This document shows, piece after piece, positions 36,064 to 47,255 of a stretch of 64,000 nucleotides of DNA (position 1 is its first letter; the number at the start of each line of letters is the position of its first letter). A model generated the notes under the pieces. The model searched no databases, was not told the origin of the DNA, and was given only the letters and a program-made list of their open reading frames with translations. The position numbers and the translations under genes were made by a program. The stretch lies in sequence record MF498773.1; one strand, written 5' to 3'.

Positions 36064-38336
36064 TGAAACATACGTACCAAGTAGTAACAACAAAAACAAT
36101 TGATATTACAGTTTCTCAATTTGTCAAGAAATATCTTAAAGAAATTCGTGTATGGGAAGATGAATATGATTTCTTTGTTGATGACCCAACGAGTCGCGGT
36201 GATGGGTTCTTAATACGCAAATTCTCTCTCCCAAAAAGTCTTTTCTCTATGGATATCAGACACTTTAGTTGGGAAAAGGATAAGAACAAAGCTATGGTTT
36301 CTCATATCATTGATATTCTTGAAAAGAATTATAAGGGGTAAAAGATGAGTCAGATGAAAGAATATGAGGTAAGAAAAGAGATTAGTGGATACGTTCGCGG
36401 ACACAAAACTGCTTATGTATATGCAAACTCAGAAGAGGAAGCAATCGACATTGCGAAGAAAACTGATTGTTGGGGCGAATTGGATATCATCCGAGACGAC
36501 ACCGAAACACAAGATATTTGGTGTCTGTAGGTATATAAGTAGTTGACAAAAGGTGTATTGGATGAGACCATATCAATACACCGACAAAGGAGAAAGTATG
36601 GTTTATATCACTTCGTATTATAGTAATGTACTTGGGAAAACCACGATCAGCCTTTCTGGGAAAAAGGTTCGTGGGAAAACTCATAGTGTTAAAGATGATC
36701 TCAAGGAGATCCGGAAGGAGATTAACCGTCTTGTTCCAGTCGAGGATCGAATGGTTAAAGGGGTTGATACCTTGACAATCACGTACTTCCCACATATGGA
36801 TGTCGAAAGTTATATGGTTTCCCCAAGTATTCAATTTTAAGGTGATTTATGATTGATTTTGATAATGTAAGTGAATTCTACGGTGAAAGTTGGCATGTTG
36901 ATTCATACAAGTATGTTAAATGTGAACACGCATTGGCTAACCTTAAAGGATTGTTTCCTAACATCAAGTGGGTTTATGTTCTGAAACAGATCCCGTTTGA
37001 TGGTCAAGAGGCTTATAATCCACCAACAGTAGATGGTGATTGTTTGGATATTTGTGCTTGTGATTACGTGATTGTCACAGAAGAAGGGAAAATCATCTCG
37101 TTGGGTACTAGTGAATGGGGTCATCTCGAAGAGATGAACACAGACAAGTTTGAGGTGATAAATGAGTAAGAAAGAAAAAGTAGAAAAACATGCACATCTA
37201 GTTGATAAATGGGTTTTAACCGAATCCATTAATGTTGGTGGTGTTGTTGCGTCAAAACCTCGCCTTGTAACCAAAGTTTCCGGGGATCGAGTTTATATTT
37301 CACGACGAATCCCAGCAGGTTTGAATCGACAATCTACTGAATTAGAGGAAGATTCTTTTGTGAGTTCCAAGAAAGTTCTGTATGTGTTTGATTCGGAAGA
37401 GGTTGCGTTTGAGGCAGCCAATCAATGTTATACTTTGTGGAGTTCTTGGTTTTTTAATCAGAAACAAGATATGATTAATGAAAGTCAGAGGATCCTAAAG
37501 GAACTCAGTAATGGATAAGGTTTATACTTATAAATTTTATGAACACCCGATAACACAGCTATATCGGATCCGAATTTATGACGGACATCCAAAAGGCGGT
37601 TGGTATCGTCAACTTACCTCTATTGAGGGGTTTGTCGGTCGTATCCTAAACAGATGGTATGATAAACATATGGGTGTTATTGACAAGGGCGTATTTGGTC
37701 GATATGATCCATGTGATTCCGGTAATAATGAACGGATGAATAAAGCCATAGGTGAAACAGACTACTACAAAAATCAAGAAATTTATTTTGATAGTGTATG
37801 GGACTTCTATGAACATATAGGTTATAATCGTAGTGATAAAAAGGTGAGTACATTAGATAATCTCATCATCAACTGGAAAATTGAAAAGGATTAAAAATGA
37901 ATATTAACAAATCAAGCTGGCACTATCGTCTGAACAACAAAATGTTTGATACAATCCCAACTAGTTTGTGTCCATATTTTTGGAAAACTGTTTGGGCATT
38001 GGTTCTGATATCCGGTATGTCAACCCTGTTTATTTTTGCCCTAACTGGGATTGGACTGTCGATTCTAAAAGCATTTGGTATCACCAGTGGTCTCGTTTTG
38101 ATAACTTCTCCTTTGATTGGTTTTGTATTTGCTGTGATTGCGATTGTGATTATAGTTGGGTTTTTCTTCCTTTGTGACCATATGAAGAGTTCTATGCGCC
38201 GAAAGAAATGGCAGCGAGACGCTAAGAGACTTGAAGAAAAAGCCAATGGGGAATACAAAGAATCGTTGATTACATCTTTCCTGAAAGCGAAGAAAGAAAA
38301 ATTCTGCCCTTCCCTGAAATTTGTTGATTAAACATG

Positions 38337-38370
38337 TTGACAAGAGGATATCAATAAAGGTATCCTCTTT
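38337..38370 (+). promoter_or_regulatory. Promoter/terminator stem-loop cassette
   Basis: TTGACA; aagaggata/tatcctctt inverted repeat followed by a T run. Confidence 0.6.
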
Positions 38371-40034
38371 TTGTTGAAACAAAACACAATTAAGGAATTT
38401 TTATTATGAGCGTATCTACTTCTATTTTTGTTGACATCAGCAATCACAACATGAACATCACCGACATAGGCCACGTTGTTCATCGTCTCATTCAGAAAAT
38501 CAACATAGCGAACACAGTTGGTAACGTTGGTGGATTTGCAACAATTCACTCTTACGATTTCCAAAGCTTTGTAATCGTATTTAACACGGAAAGCGGAAAG
38601 CGAAGTGTGTTTATGTGTACAGTTTCTCAAAAAGAGGAAATTGATGGTTTGGTTTATGATGGCGATAAAGTTTATATATCCCTTGGTCACAACCAAGAAG
38701 GTATTCGTATCATGAAGATGGTTGCGGAAAGCCTTGTTCAAGAATTTGATGACCTTCCGGTATTCTTCCGCGAATCCAACTCTTTCTATCATGAAAATAA
38801 CGAATGGGTACAAGTAAAATGAAAAATTTCGATAAATGGCCCAATGCTAAAGTAGTGATGGAACACATGGACACCCTTATGTGGTTGATGGGGTATCGCC
38901 CAAACAACGGGAAAGGTTGGACTGGCTACTACTACGATGGGATTATTAAACAACAGAAGGTTATGATTAACCTGTCTTGGCAGGAAGCTCGTACCTTGTG
39001 TGTTAATGTATTTGATACCGTATCGATGCCGTTATACCGAGTTATAAACGGGGTTCGAATTTCCGCCGATTCCATGATGGATCTTGACAACTATATTCGA
39101 AATCACGTTAAAGAAGTTGATGTGATTCGCCAACTGGTGTACCATAAGAAAGAACGTAAAATCTCTCTCGTTGGTTACAACGAGTTCAAAATCGAGGGTT
39201 AATGATGAAGATTGGTTACTGTCACTACAGCACGTTCATGAGTCAATGGACGGTTTGGATCGGCGAAAGTGGTGAATTTAAAGACGCAATTAGGTACAAT
39301 CCTGATGATTGTGTTGTCGACCACAAAGCAGGTACAATCGAGATAAACAACGATGGTGTTATCTCGAATTGGGAATTCAACCCAAACTCTCCTATTGGAG
39401 ATACCGTTTATAAAGCATTTGTTCGTGAAGAAAAAGAATATATTGTAGGTCGCGAATATACCAAGGTATGGATTACCTCAGAAATGAGTATCACTATCCC
39501 AACCGAATTTCTGAAACGAACTAAATTCCGTTCTCAGGAATGGTTCATCAAGGAATACAAACGGTATATCGGTAGCAAATACCCCAGTGATATCAAGACA
39601 ATTACCAGTAGTGTCATTGATATGATGATTCGCCATCACCTGTATCGTCATCGTGGTTTGGAGGATTGTCAGACCATCCCAGCAGTATACAAAACAGTTG
39701 ATATACTAAAAGAAGCATTAGGTTCCATCAATTTCACTATGGAAGATGTATTTGTATGAAACAATATTCGTGGAATCAAGGGGTTACATTCATCCCACTG
39801 GAATTTGACGATCAAGCATATCTGATTGACAATTTCCAGCTAATGATTGATATGTTGACAGAACATCTGGAAAAGAATCCGGACCCTGTTCATCGTCACT
39901 GGTTAGATTGCTTAGAAGCACGATATAAAAATATTTGCAAACAATCACAATTAGAGCGTTGACATCCAGTCGTATTCTGATAATATAGGTCTTGTCGAAA
40001 CGGGGAGTGGTTCCCCGTCTAATGGAGAATTACT

Positions 40035-40352
40035 ATGACTCATATCACTATGCAAACCCTTCGTGAATCCATTATGGATATTCAGTCCGAACTGGTAATG
40101 GTAAATGCCAAGGTTGTTACTGGTATTAGCTCCAACTTCACTTTTTCCCAAACCGCCAACGACATGAAAGAATTGATGAACAACTTGGGGCCTTGTGAAT
40201 CACGCAACTACGTAGAGAAGGCCACAATCGAGTTCAAGAACTGCCACGATGTATGTGCGGCTCATGACGGAGAGATTACCGAAGATTTCAGTATCTATAT
40301 GGATCTGGTTGTTGCCAATCTTCGGGCTGCTTACATCAACCTTGGAAAATAA
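40035..40352 (+). CDS. Hypothetical protein, distant paralog of 17479-17775
   Basis: C-terminal DLVVANLRAA versus DMALVNLRAA. Confidence 0.7.
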   Translation: MTHITMQTLRESIMDIQSELVMVNAKVVTGISSNFTFSQTANDMKELMNNLGPCESRNYVEKATIEFKNCHDVCAAHDGEITEDFSIYMDLVVANLRAAYINLGK

Positions 40353-41712
40353 TTTAAAAAAGTTGTTGATCGGTATTCCGGCCTATGAGATACTAACTGT
40401 GTCGGGAAATGGTTCCCAAAGGAGATTAAGATGGATAACGTATTGGTTGCTCTGCATGGTGTTAAAGGTTTCAAGCATATCGATCTGACCCAATTCGAGG
40501 ACAAGATCGTTGTTGTTCTGAAATCTGGTGTCGAAATGGTATATGAAAGCTATTACGACGAAGATTTTGAAGGTGATGTTCATTGCTACTATGACAAATC
40601 GTCTGGTGGTGGCGTTGAATCCTTTGATTTCCAAGATGTTCTTGATTACGAGGTCTGATATGAAAAAGAAAATCATTAATGATATCAATAACGCAATCAG
40701 TATTTTCGAAAACGAATCTCTATTCAAAAGTACCAATGACTGTATTAGTGTGGCGATGTTCTCTCTGAATGGTGGTCCTTATTTCGAACACCACACATTC
40801 TCTTTTCAGGCTTTGGTGCGGGCAAGTGAAGTTTTCAATAAGTATCAGATCGCAACTGAAAACGAATTTTTTAATGTTAAAGATGTGGATGTGCGACAAG
40901 CATACTTTGATGTAATCGTTTCTGAACTAAAATTGGCTAAAACTTTTGTAGAAAAGTACTTGATCGAATAACACTGTTATGAGATACTATCCCTGTTGAG
41001 ACGAGACACCAATTAGGAGAATGACTATGTTGAACAAAATCGAAACTATGGTTGCTGAAATGAATGCCTTTTCAGAAGATAACTGGTTCAATCGCGTCCT
41101 TCCTGAAATGCGGGCTCGCTACAGCGAAGAACATGTAGAATCTTTTATCTCTGCAAATCTCAACCGCCGTTCTTACTCATATCAAACAGGCCGAAAATTC
41201 GCTCGTATCATGATGCACGATTACGGACGAGAGGAAACTACCGGTTCGATGGTTTGGTTTGTAAACATGGAAACCGGTGATATTCACAAAGGAAATGGAT
41301 GGAAAGGTGCTTCTAAGTATGTCCGTGGACACATCGACAACTGGAAGGCTGCAATGTCCTTTGGTTCTTCTTCTGGTGTATACGGTTTTATTTCTATCCG
41401 ATAAACCGTTGACATAAACAAAAGGCCAGTTTAAAATTCAACTATAAAACAAAGAGGGATTTACCATGATTATTCGTCTGAACATGCATGAGTTTTATGA
41501 ACTTTATCCGCGCTATCAAGAGTGGGTTTGTATCGAAGACCCTTCCCAATATGCGATTGAAGCTGTTTATAATCGTATGATGCATCAGAAATCTCTGAAC
41601 GTGATGGAAGCTCAAGAAGTTATGGCGTTTATTGCTTGGGTTGAAAACAACTCTTGCAAAGAAGATCTGGAAACCCTCAAATCAACTATCCAATATATGA
41701 AAGGTGTATTAA

Positions 41713-42192
41713 ATGCTGCTTGAAAAAATTAAGAAAGACCAAATCTCATTCCGTAAATCAGAAGATCGATCTACCCATTGCGGGAAAGTTCGTATCAACG
41801 CGCTAACAACCCTAATTGGTGAAGCAAGTCCTTCCGGTAATCAGGTAGTAACTGACGAACAAGTCCAATCGGTTATTCGTAAATTCGTTAAAAACATTGA
41901 CGAAGCAGTTACCGAGATCCGCAAACGGGTTGTATCCGTATCAAACGATATGACCAATCAAGAAGTGATGGATATTCTTAAAACTGATATCAAATTCACA
42001 GACTTAATGATCGAACGTGAATTGCTGAGTTCCTATCTTCCGAAGGTGTTTGACGAAGAACATATCAAAGAGGTACTTGGTCAGCTCGTCGGTGGTTCTA
42101 ACATCGGTCAAGTCATGGGAGCTTGTAAGAAGGCTGCTGCTGACAAAGGTCTTTTGTTTGATGGTGCCCTTGTCAAAAAGGTACTAGGTTAG
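41713..42192 (+). CDS. GatB/YqeY-domain protein
   Basis: LLEKIKKDQ...LTTLIGE...TDEQVQSVIRKFVK...E.ELLSSYLPK...IGQVMG...DGALV. Confidence 0.8.
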   Translation: MLLEKIKKDQISFRKSEDRSTHCGKVRINALTTLIGEASPSGNQVVTDEQVQSVIRKFVKNIDEAVTEIRKRVVSVSNDMTNQEVMDILKTDIKFTDLMIERELLSSYLPKVFDEEHIKEVLGQLVGGSNIGQVMGACKKAAADKGLLFDGALVKKVLG

Positions 42193-42295
42193 TATCATCT
42201 GAAATCAAATTATAGATCTCCTATAAGTATTTATATAGAAGATCTATAATTAGAACGAGTGAAACGAGTACGGCGTAGCCGGTTCGCTAAAGCTC
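42190..42295. repeat. Non-coding hairpin element, copy 2
   Basis: Perfect attatagatct/agatctataat arms; the GC module is the reverse complement of that in copy 1. Confidence 0.85.
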
Positions 42296-42305
42296 ACCAA
42301 TATTC

Positions 42306-42367
42306 CTAGAATCAATTCCTTGTTATCTCGTACAATGTTATGTATTCTTTGTAGGAATTGATTCTAG
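42306..42367. repeat. 15-bp perfect inverted repeat
   Basis: ctagaatcaattcct ... aggaattgattctag. Confidence 0.9.
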
Positions 42368-42830
42368 ACACCATACACGAGGTTTAATCATGGTTTCTAT
42401 AGAGAGTTTCGTAAACATTAAGAAAAGTGAAGGCTATAAGGAAGTAATGCCGTTTGTGTCTGGTTATACAAGCCTTCAATTAAAGGTTAAAGACTGGGTA
42501 TATTCCTTTCATGTGAATCACGATACCAAAGACGTTGAATATCGTGTTGTTACCCCATATGAAACCAAAGGGTTCATCATTTATAATTTGGATCATGTAC
42601 TGGTTCGAGACGGAAAATTTTTTCGGGTGGGTGAATGAGATGAGATATCAACCATACGATGAGGATGAAGGCCCTAGGCTGATGGATACTCACGACCGTT
42701 ATGGCAATAAAAGAGATATACCAGAAGAAATGTATCACCCGGAATCAATGATGATCACTCCCACCGGTTGGTTTATTAAAATATTGGGTCTTGGTATTGT
42801 CTTGTTTTTAATTTTTAATATGGTGAAATA

Positions 42831-43235
42831 ATGAAAAAGAATTTAACTACAAAGGAGCTTGTCAAGTCTGGGGCGGTTGTTGTTGGTAACTTTGATGGTA
42901 TCAACCTTAACGAAACTGGTGATGTAACGAAAGAGGGGTTTTACTTCATTTCTGCCCCAGCTAGTTCTGTTGTTTATATGACTCATGTTGGAAACCAACA
43001 GCGAAAACGTGGTTTTGGTGAAACCATGATCCGACTTCGAAAACCACGTACCGGACAGGCTAAAGATGTTCATGATTATCTGATGACAGGAAAGACCGTA
43101 AAACTATATTTCCTTAAATATAGCCAAGCCCGACACCTCCTTGGGATTGAAGAATACGGACAGATGAATAATGGTCATGAGTTGACTGGCAAGATCCGAA
43201 ACAAATTTATCATCCATGGTCGAATGGTAAGTTAG
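42831..43235 (+). CDS. ndd: Nucleoid disruption protein Ndd
   Basis: T..EL..SGA.VVG...KEGFYF...VGNQQRKRGF matches T4 Ndd as I recall it (GATVIG, KPGFYF, VGNQRSKQGF); lies upstream of gene 52 as in T4. Confidence 0.8.
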   Translation: MKKNLTTKELVKSGAVVVGNFDGINLNETGDVTKEGFYFISAPASSVVYMTHVGNQQRKRGFGETMIRLRKPRTGQAKDVHDYLMTGKTVKLYFLKYSQARHLLGIEEYGQMNNGHELTGKIRNKFIIHGRMVS

Positions 43236-43318
43236 AACAAAGCCCGTCTTTTGATGGGCTTTACAGTTTATATTCATATGTGGTATGATACATAAAATAA
43301 ATTAAAATAAGGAATGAT

Positions 43319-44665
43319 ATGAAATTCGTAGATCGTACTATTTCAAGTTATATTCATAACGAAGCAAAAGAATATACATTTTACACCATCGTAAACCGTG
43401 CATTGCCTTCTATGGTGGATGGGTTCAAACCATCTCAGCGTTTTGTTTTGTACTCCACAATCAAAAACGCAAGTAAGGACTTCAAGAAATCCGCATTTCT
43501 TTGTGGTGTTATCTCCGACTATGGATATCCCCATGGAGAAGCAAGCGGGTATGATGTTCTTGCGGGCATGGCAACTGAATACGCAAACAACTTCCCAGTT
43601 ATCAAGGGTCGCGGTAACTTTGGTTCACGACAGAATCCAGCCGCAGCAGAACCACGTTATATCTTCGGTAAGTTGGATGATAATTTTGACCTACTTTTTA
43701 AAGATTTGGATCTAGTTTTACCAAGTGAGATAGATTCTTATTCTATTCCAAAATTTTATCTTCCCGTTATTCCGTTTGTTCTGATCAATGGGGTTCATGG
43801 TGTTGCAACTGGTTACGCGACTCATATCCTACCACATGACATTCACAGCGTTATTGATGAATGTATTTCTTATGTTAAGACTGGTAAATGTAAAGATCCA
43901 GAAATCAAGTTCCCTTCTTTTATTGGGAACGTTAATACATCAGGTGAACAATGGACAAACGAAGGGGTTTATGAACTTCAAGGTAAAACCAAGCTTTTGA
44001 TCACAGAAATCCCAGTTAGCTTCAATCGAATAAAATATGTGGCGATTTTGAATAATCTCATTGAAAAAGATCAGATTGTTAGTTATGATGAGATTGAAGG
44101 TGACGGTGATTTTACATTCCGAGTCACTTTGAAACGTGATTTTGATACTTCTCATGAAAATATCATGAAACAGTTCTCTCTATCTGAGAATATCTATCAG
44201 AATATCAACGTAATCGGTCCAAACTCCAACATGGTTACGGGGGATATGGACCTGAGAAAATACGACAATACTAGTCAACTTGTGTGTGAATTTGTTGATT
44301 ATCGCATGACAGTTGTTGACCGTCGCATTGAAAATATGATTGAAAATCTGACTATTCTTATCCCGGAATTGAAAGCGAAGGCGGAATTTATTCGTCTGGC
44401 TCGTGATGGGAAAATCGGTTATAACCAACCGAAGAAATCTATGATCCAACAAGTTAAAACTCTTCTGGATCCAGAGCTTTCGGTTTATGCTGATAAGGTG
44501 GTTGGTCTTCCAATCTTTAACATGACAGAAGATGAAGTAGAAAAGCTGGTTAAAGAATATGAGCAAGCAGAAAAAGACCTAGCTTATTGGAAAAGTACAA
44601 ACTCAAAAAAAGAATATTTGAAAGATTTAACAACTTTGAAAAATAAATTGAAGGATAGTAAATAA
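43319..44665 (+). CDS. 52: DNA topoisomerase II medium subunit (GyrA/ParC-like, T4 gp52)
   Basis: RALPSMVDGFKPSQRF, YPHGE, GNFGSR, AAAEPRY (catalytic Tyr), LING..G.ATGYATHILPH; 448 aa. Confidence 0.95.
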   Translation: MKFVDRTISSYIHNEAKEYTFYTIVNRALPSMVDGFKPSQRFVLYSTIKNASKDFKKSAFLCGVISDYGYPHGEASGYDVLAGMATEYANNFPVIKGRGNFGSRQNPAAAEPRYIFGKLDDNFDLLFKDLDLVLPSEIDSYSIPKFYLPVIPFVLINGVHGVATGYATHILPHDIHSVIDECISYVKTGKCKDPEIKFPSFIGNVNTSGEQWTNEGVYELQGKTKLLITEIPVSFNRIKYVAILNNLIEKDQIVSYDEIEGDGDFTFRVTLKRDFDTSHENIMKQFSLSENIYQNINVIGPNSNMVTGDMDLRKYDNTSQLVCEFVDYRMTVVDRRIENMIENLTILIPELKAKAEFIRLARDGKIGYNQPKKSMIQQVKTLLDPELSVYADKVVGLPIFNMTEDEVEKLVKEYEQAEKDLAYWKSTNSKKEYLKDLTTLKNKLKDSK

Positions 44666-44666
44666 A

Positions 44667-45095
44667 ATGTCTATAGAAATAAACATTATGAGACAGGCAG
44701 AAACAGAAACAAACGGGATGTTACCTGCGTTTATCCCATCTTGTATGGGGGCATTGGTAGCAAGTGTACTTGTTGGTTGTGGGTTTGTGCCGGATGTCAA
44801 TCTATACATACTGTTATGTGCCATATTTTATGTTCTCCTTGATATTGTGTTCATGGTAGTTGTATGGATTAAGCGCCCCAATTATGGCAAAGAGTTTAAA
44901 CATCCATTATCTATGTGTATGCTATACTCATTTTGCGGTAATAACGTTGGGAAATACCTTCATATTTATAAAAATACATCAAACTTTAATCTACGAATTA
45001 CTATTGCAGGAATAGTAATATACTTTTGTGATTTTGTATTTTATCTTGGTTTATTTGGTGTTCCTGTAATGGTATCATCTTGGTTGTTCCTCTAA
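44667..45095 (+). CDS. Predicted membrane protein
   Basis: Several hydrophobic segments. Confidence 0.65.
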   Translation: MSIEINIMRQAETETNGMLPAFIPSCMGALVASVLVGCGFVPDVNLYILLCAIFYVLLDIVFMVVVWIKRPNYGKEFKHPLSMCMLYSFCGNNVGKYLHIYKNTSNFNLRITIAGIVIYFCDFVFYLGLFGVPVMVSSWLFL

Positions 45096-45118
45096 ATATA
45101 GTTTTGTAAAAAAGGAAA

Positions 45119-45574
45119 ATGAAAATGTCTATTGAAACTCGTGTGACAAAAGTAAAACAACGTATTCATGAAGAAACCCAACGGGTTAAGTCGAATGCAA
45201 TTGTTACTTGGGGTCTGTTCTTTATGGCAGCAGCCCTTGCATCAATCCCTGCATCCACTATGTATGGTCCTATTATCGTTGGCGCTATCGTCATGGTGAT
45301 GTTCCAATATCTTACCATGATATCTTATGCCAAAGAGAGGGTAGGTTATCTTGGTAAAGCATATGCTAACCCAATGACATTAATCTACATCGAGAGCGGT
45401 ATTGATGGGGTTAAAGATCTGGAAGAGTCAATTCGGAAGTGGGAAGCAATGACCGACAATGAGCGTGAATCTGCTAACAAACGAATCAATGTAATCACTG
45501 TTGTGGTTCTTTTGGCTCTTATTTCTGCTGTTTCTGGATTCTTCTGTGGCCTTTTCTGGATTCTTCCAGTATAA
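45119..45574 (+). CDS. Predicted membrane protein
   Basis: About 3 hydrophobic segments. Confidence 0.65.
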   Translation: MKMSIETRVTKVKQRIHEETQRVKSNAIVTWGLFFMAAALASIPASTMYGPIIVGAIVMVMFQYLTMISYAKERVGYLGKAYANPMTLIYIESGIDGVKDLEESIRKWEAMTDNERESANKRINVITVVVLLALISAVSGFFCGLFWILPV

Positions 45575-45658
45575 ACCACTTGCAAACATGTATTGGTTAT
45601 GAGACTATAACCGCATCAAGGGGGTTCGCCCCCTCTTTCATAACATAAGGAATAGAAA

Positions 45659-45769
45659 ATGAATCCAGTAGCTAAACATAATTTCAATCGTCCTTCTGTT
45701 ATGAAGGACAAGAAAGAGAATTCCAAGAAAATTCGTGGTAAAAAGCATAAGAAATCAGAGGGTTGGTGA
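45659..45769 (+). CDS. Small basic protein (36 aa; below the ORF-track cutoff)
   Basis: AAGGA RBS; MNPVAKHNFNRPSVMKDKKENSKKIRGKKHKKSEGW; downstream of promoter 45580-45612. Confidence 0.6.
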   Translation: MNPVAKHNFNRPSVMKDKKENSKKIRGKKHKKSEGW

Positions 45770-46007
45770 TTATGATTGATATGACATTATTTGGCGGTGG
45801 GGTAGTGTCTGGTCTTACAAAAGATGGAAAACCTACCCATATCAACCTGAAAGACCATTCAATGGAAACGGTCAAACTATCTATCCAAAAAGATGCGTTT
45901 GGGTATGAAGTAAGTATTATTATTTTTCCGTGTGGTAGTACTGCAAGATTTATTGGTGATGTTCGAAATCGAACTGATGTGATCCTAAGAGACAAAGATT
46001 ATAAAAT

Positions 46008-46280
46008 ATGAAAATTACAAAAGTTGAATTGATGAAAGATATTGTAGCTACCGCATCTATCTTGGCAAAATATGGCTGTGATGATATTCTAGATACTCAA
46101 TCTGGGTTTGTAGATTTTCTAAATGAACTAGGGTTTACTACCGTGCGAGGTAAACCATTAACGATTTTTAATTTCAGAGTTATGGTTAGTAGTCTAACCC
46201 CATATCAGAAAAAAGAGATTATAAAAGAATTTGATGCTGGTAGAATTGACCATTTGATTAACTGTATGGTTGACGAATAA
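46008..46280 (+). CDS. asiA: Anti-sigma70 factor AsiA
   Basis: DIVATASILAKY..DDI......FVDFLNELG......L....FR.MVS.LT...KK.II.EF aligns over the full 90 aa with T4 AsiA. Confidence 0.9.
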   Translation: MKITKVELMKDIVATASILAKYGCDDILDTQSGFVDFLNELGFTTVRGKPLTIFNFRVMVSSLTPYQKKEIIKEFDAGRIDHLINCMVDE

Positions 46281-46307
46281 AAAAGGGATCCCGTGAGGAT
46301 CCCTTTT
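46281..46307. terminator. Bidirectional intrinsic terminator
   Basis: aaaagggatcc-cgtga-ggatccctttt. Confidence 0.8.
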
Positions 46308-46341
46308 GTTTTATGTAAACTGATAATATATATCATCAGTT

Positions 46342-46434
46342 CTAGTTAAATGGTAATTTTGTTTTATCGATTTCAACTAGGTTAACCCCGTAGAAATCAC
46401 AACGACCATCATGACCAAATAACGGATCTGCCAT
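46342..46434 (-). CDS. Possible 30-aa minus-strand ORF
   Basis: GAGG RBS; MADPLFGHDGRCDFYGVNLVEIDKTKLPFN; points into the terminator. Confidence 0.35.
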   Translation of the reverse strand: MADPLFGHDGRCDFYGVNLVEIDKTKLPFN

Positions 46435-46916
46435 TTTATTTTTCCTCATGATATTGACTTTATAAAACCAAATGGTTACCATCGCTTATACTGCTCATTT
46501 ATATTTATGGTACTAAAATGTATACACCACCTTTTAAGAGTTTTAACATTCCTGTTATAATTGATAATTTGGTTCTCGACCTCCCAGTAAACGAACACAA
46601 ATATGACAAATTTGCTGTAACTGTAAACAATGATGGTCTGGTTGAACTTTGGCCCGAATCTTGCGTTTGTGTTGGTATTGTTTACAGTAAACAGTGTGGT
46701 TTCTATGTATGTGATGATTACAAAGGGTTTTGTTACGACAGTGAGATCCCAGTGGGTCGCATTGACCATGAAGACTCCAGTTCACTGGGATATCTAAATT
46801 GCATTTGGTTGTTTGAACGTCCAGATGATGGGGTAATAAATTTTATTTCTAAAAACATATTGACACCAGCCGACGAAAGTGTAGAATAAGGGTTGTAACG
46901 TTGATGGAGAGAAGAT

Positions 46917-47255
46917 ATGACAACTATTCACTGCAAACCAGATTATGTTGAGTTCTATCATGGTTCCTGTACTCTTGGTTTAAAAGGTAATATGTTGCTT
47001 CCTCCTGAAATGACCGATACAATTTCAGAGAAAGGTCGTAAGAAAAACTTAGACCGTGTGTTCTTCACTAAAGACCGTGGACTGGCAAAAGTATATGCAC
47101 GACGGGCGGCTCGGTCGATTGGTGGAGAACCAACTTTGTTTCGTGTTGTGGCCCCGGTTGACACTGTATTTATGAGTGAAACCCCCGGTGCTACCGTTTA
47201 TCATGCCGCTTGGGCTTTTGTTGAACAAATCCCGTTCGGTAAACTGAGTGACTAA
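46917..47255 (+). CDS. Putative ADP-ribosyltransferase (Arr/Tpt1-like, H-type)
   Basis: FYHGS...LLPP...RVFFT.D...A..YA..A......LFRV pattern. Confidence 0.55.
   Translation: MTTIHCKPDYVEFYHGSCTLGLKGNMLLPPEMTDTISEKGRKKNLDRVFFTKDRGLAKVYARRAARSIGGEPTLFRVVAPVDTVFMSETPGATVYHAAWAFVEQIPFGKLSD

Larger units (their letters stand above)
36063..41723 (+). other. Block of about 18 hypothetical ORFs
   Basis: Contiguous RBS-led + strand ORFs. Confidence 0.75.

Noticed and set aside
43255-43289. MotA box before gene 52
   Set aside because: GCTTTA lies about 23 bp from the -10, too far for a MotA box; it fits better as a TTTACA -35 with TATGAT.
44667-45574. Holin assignment for the two membrane genes
   Set aside because: No resemblance to T4 gpt and they lie in an early-type block; the single CTAAATA at 45092 coincides with a stop codon.
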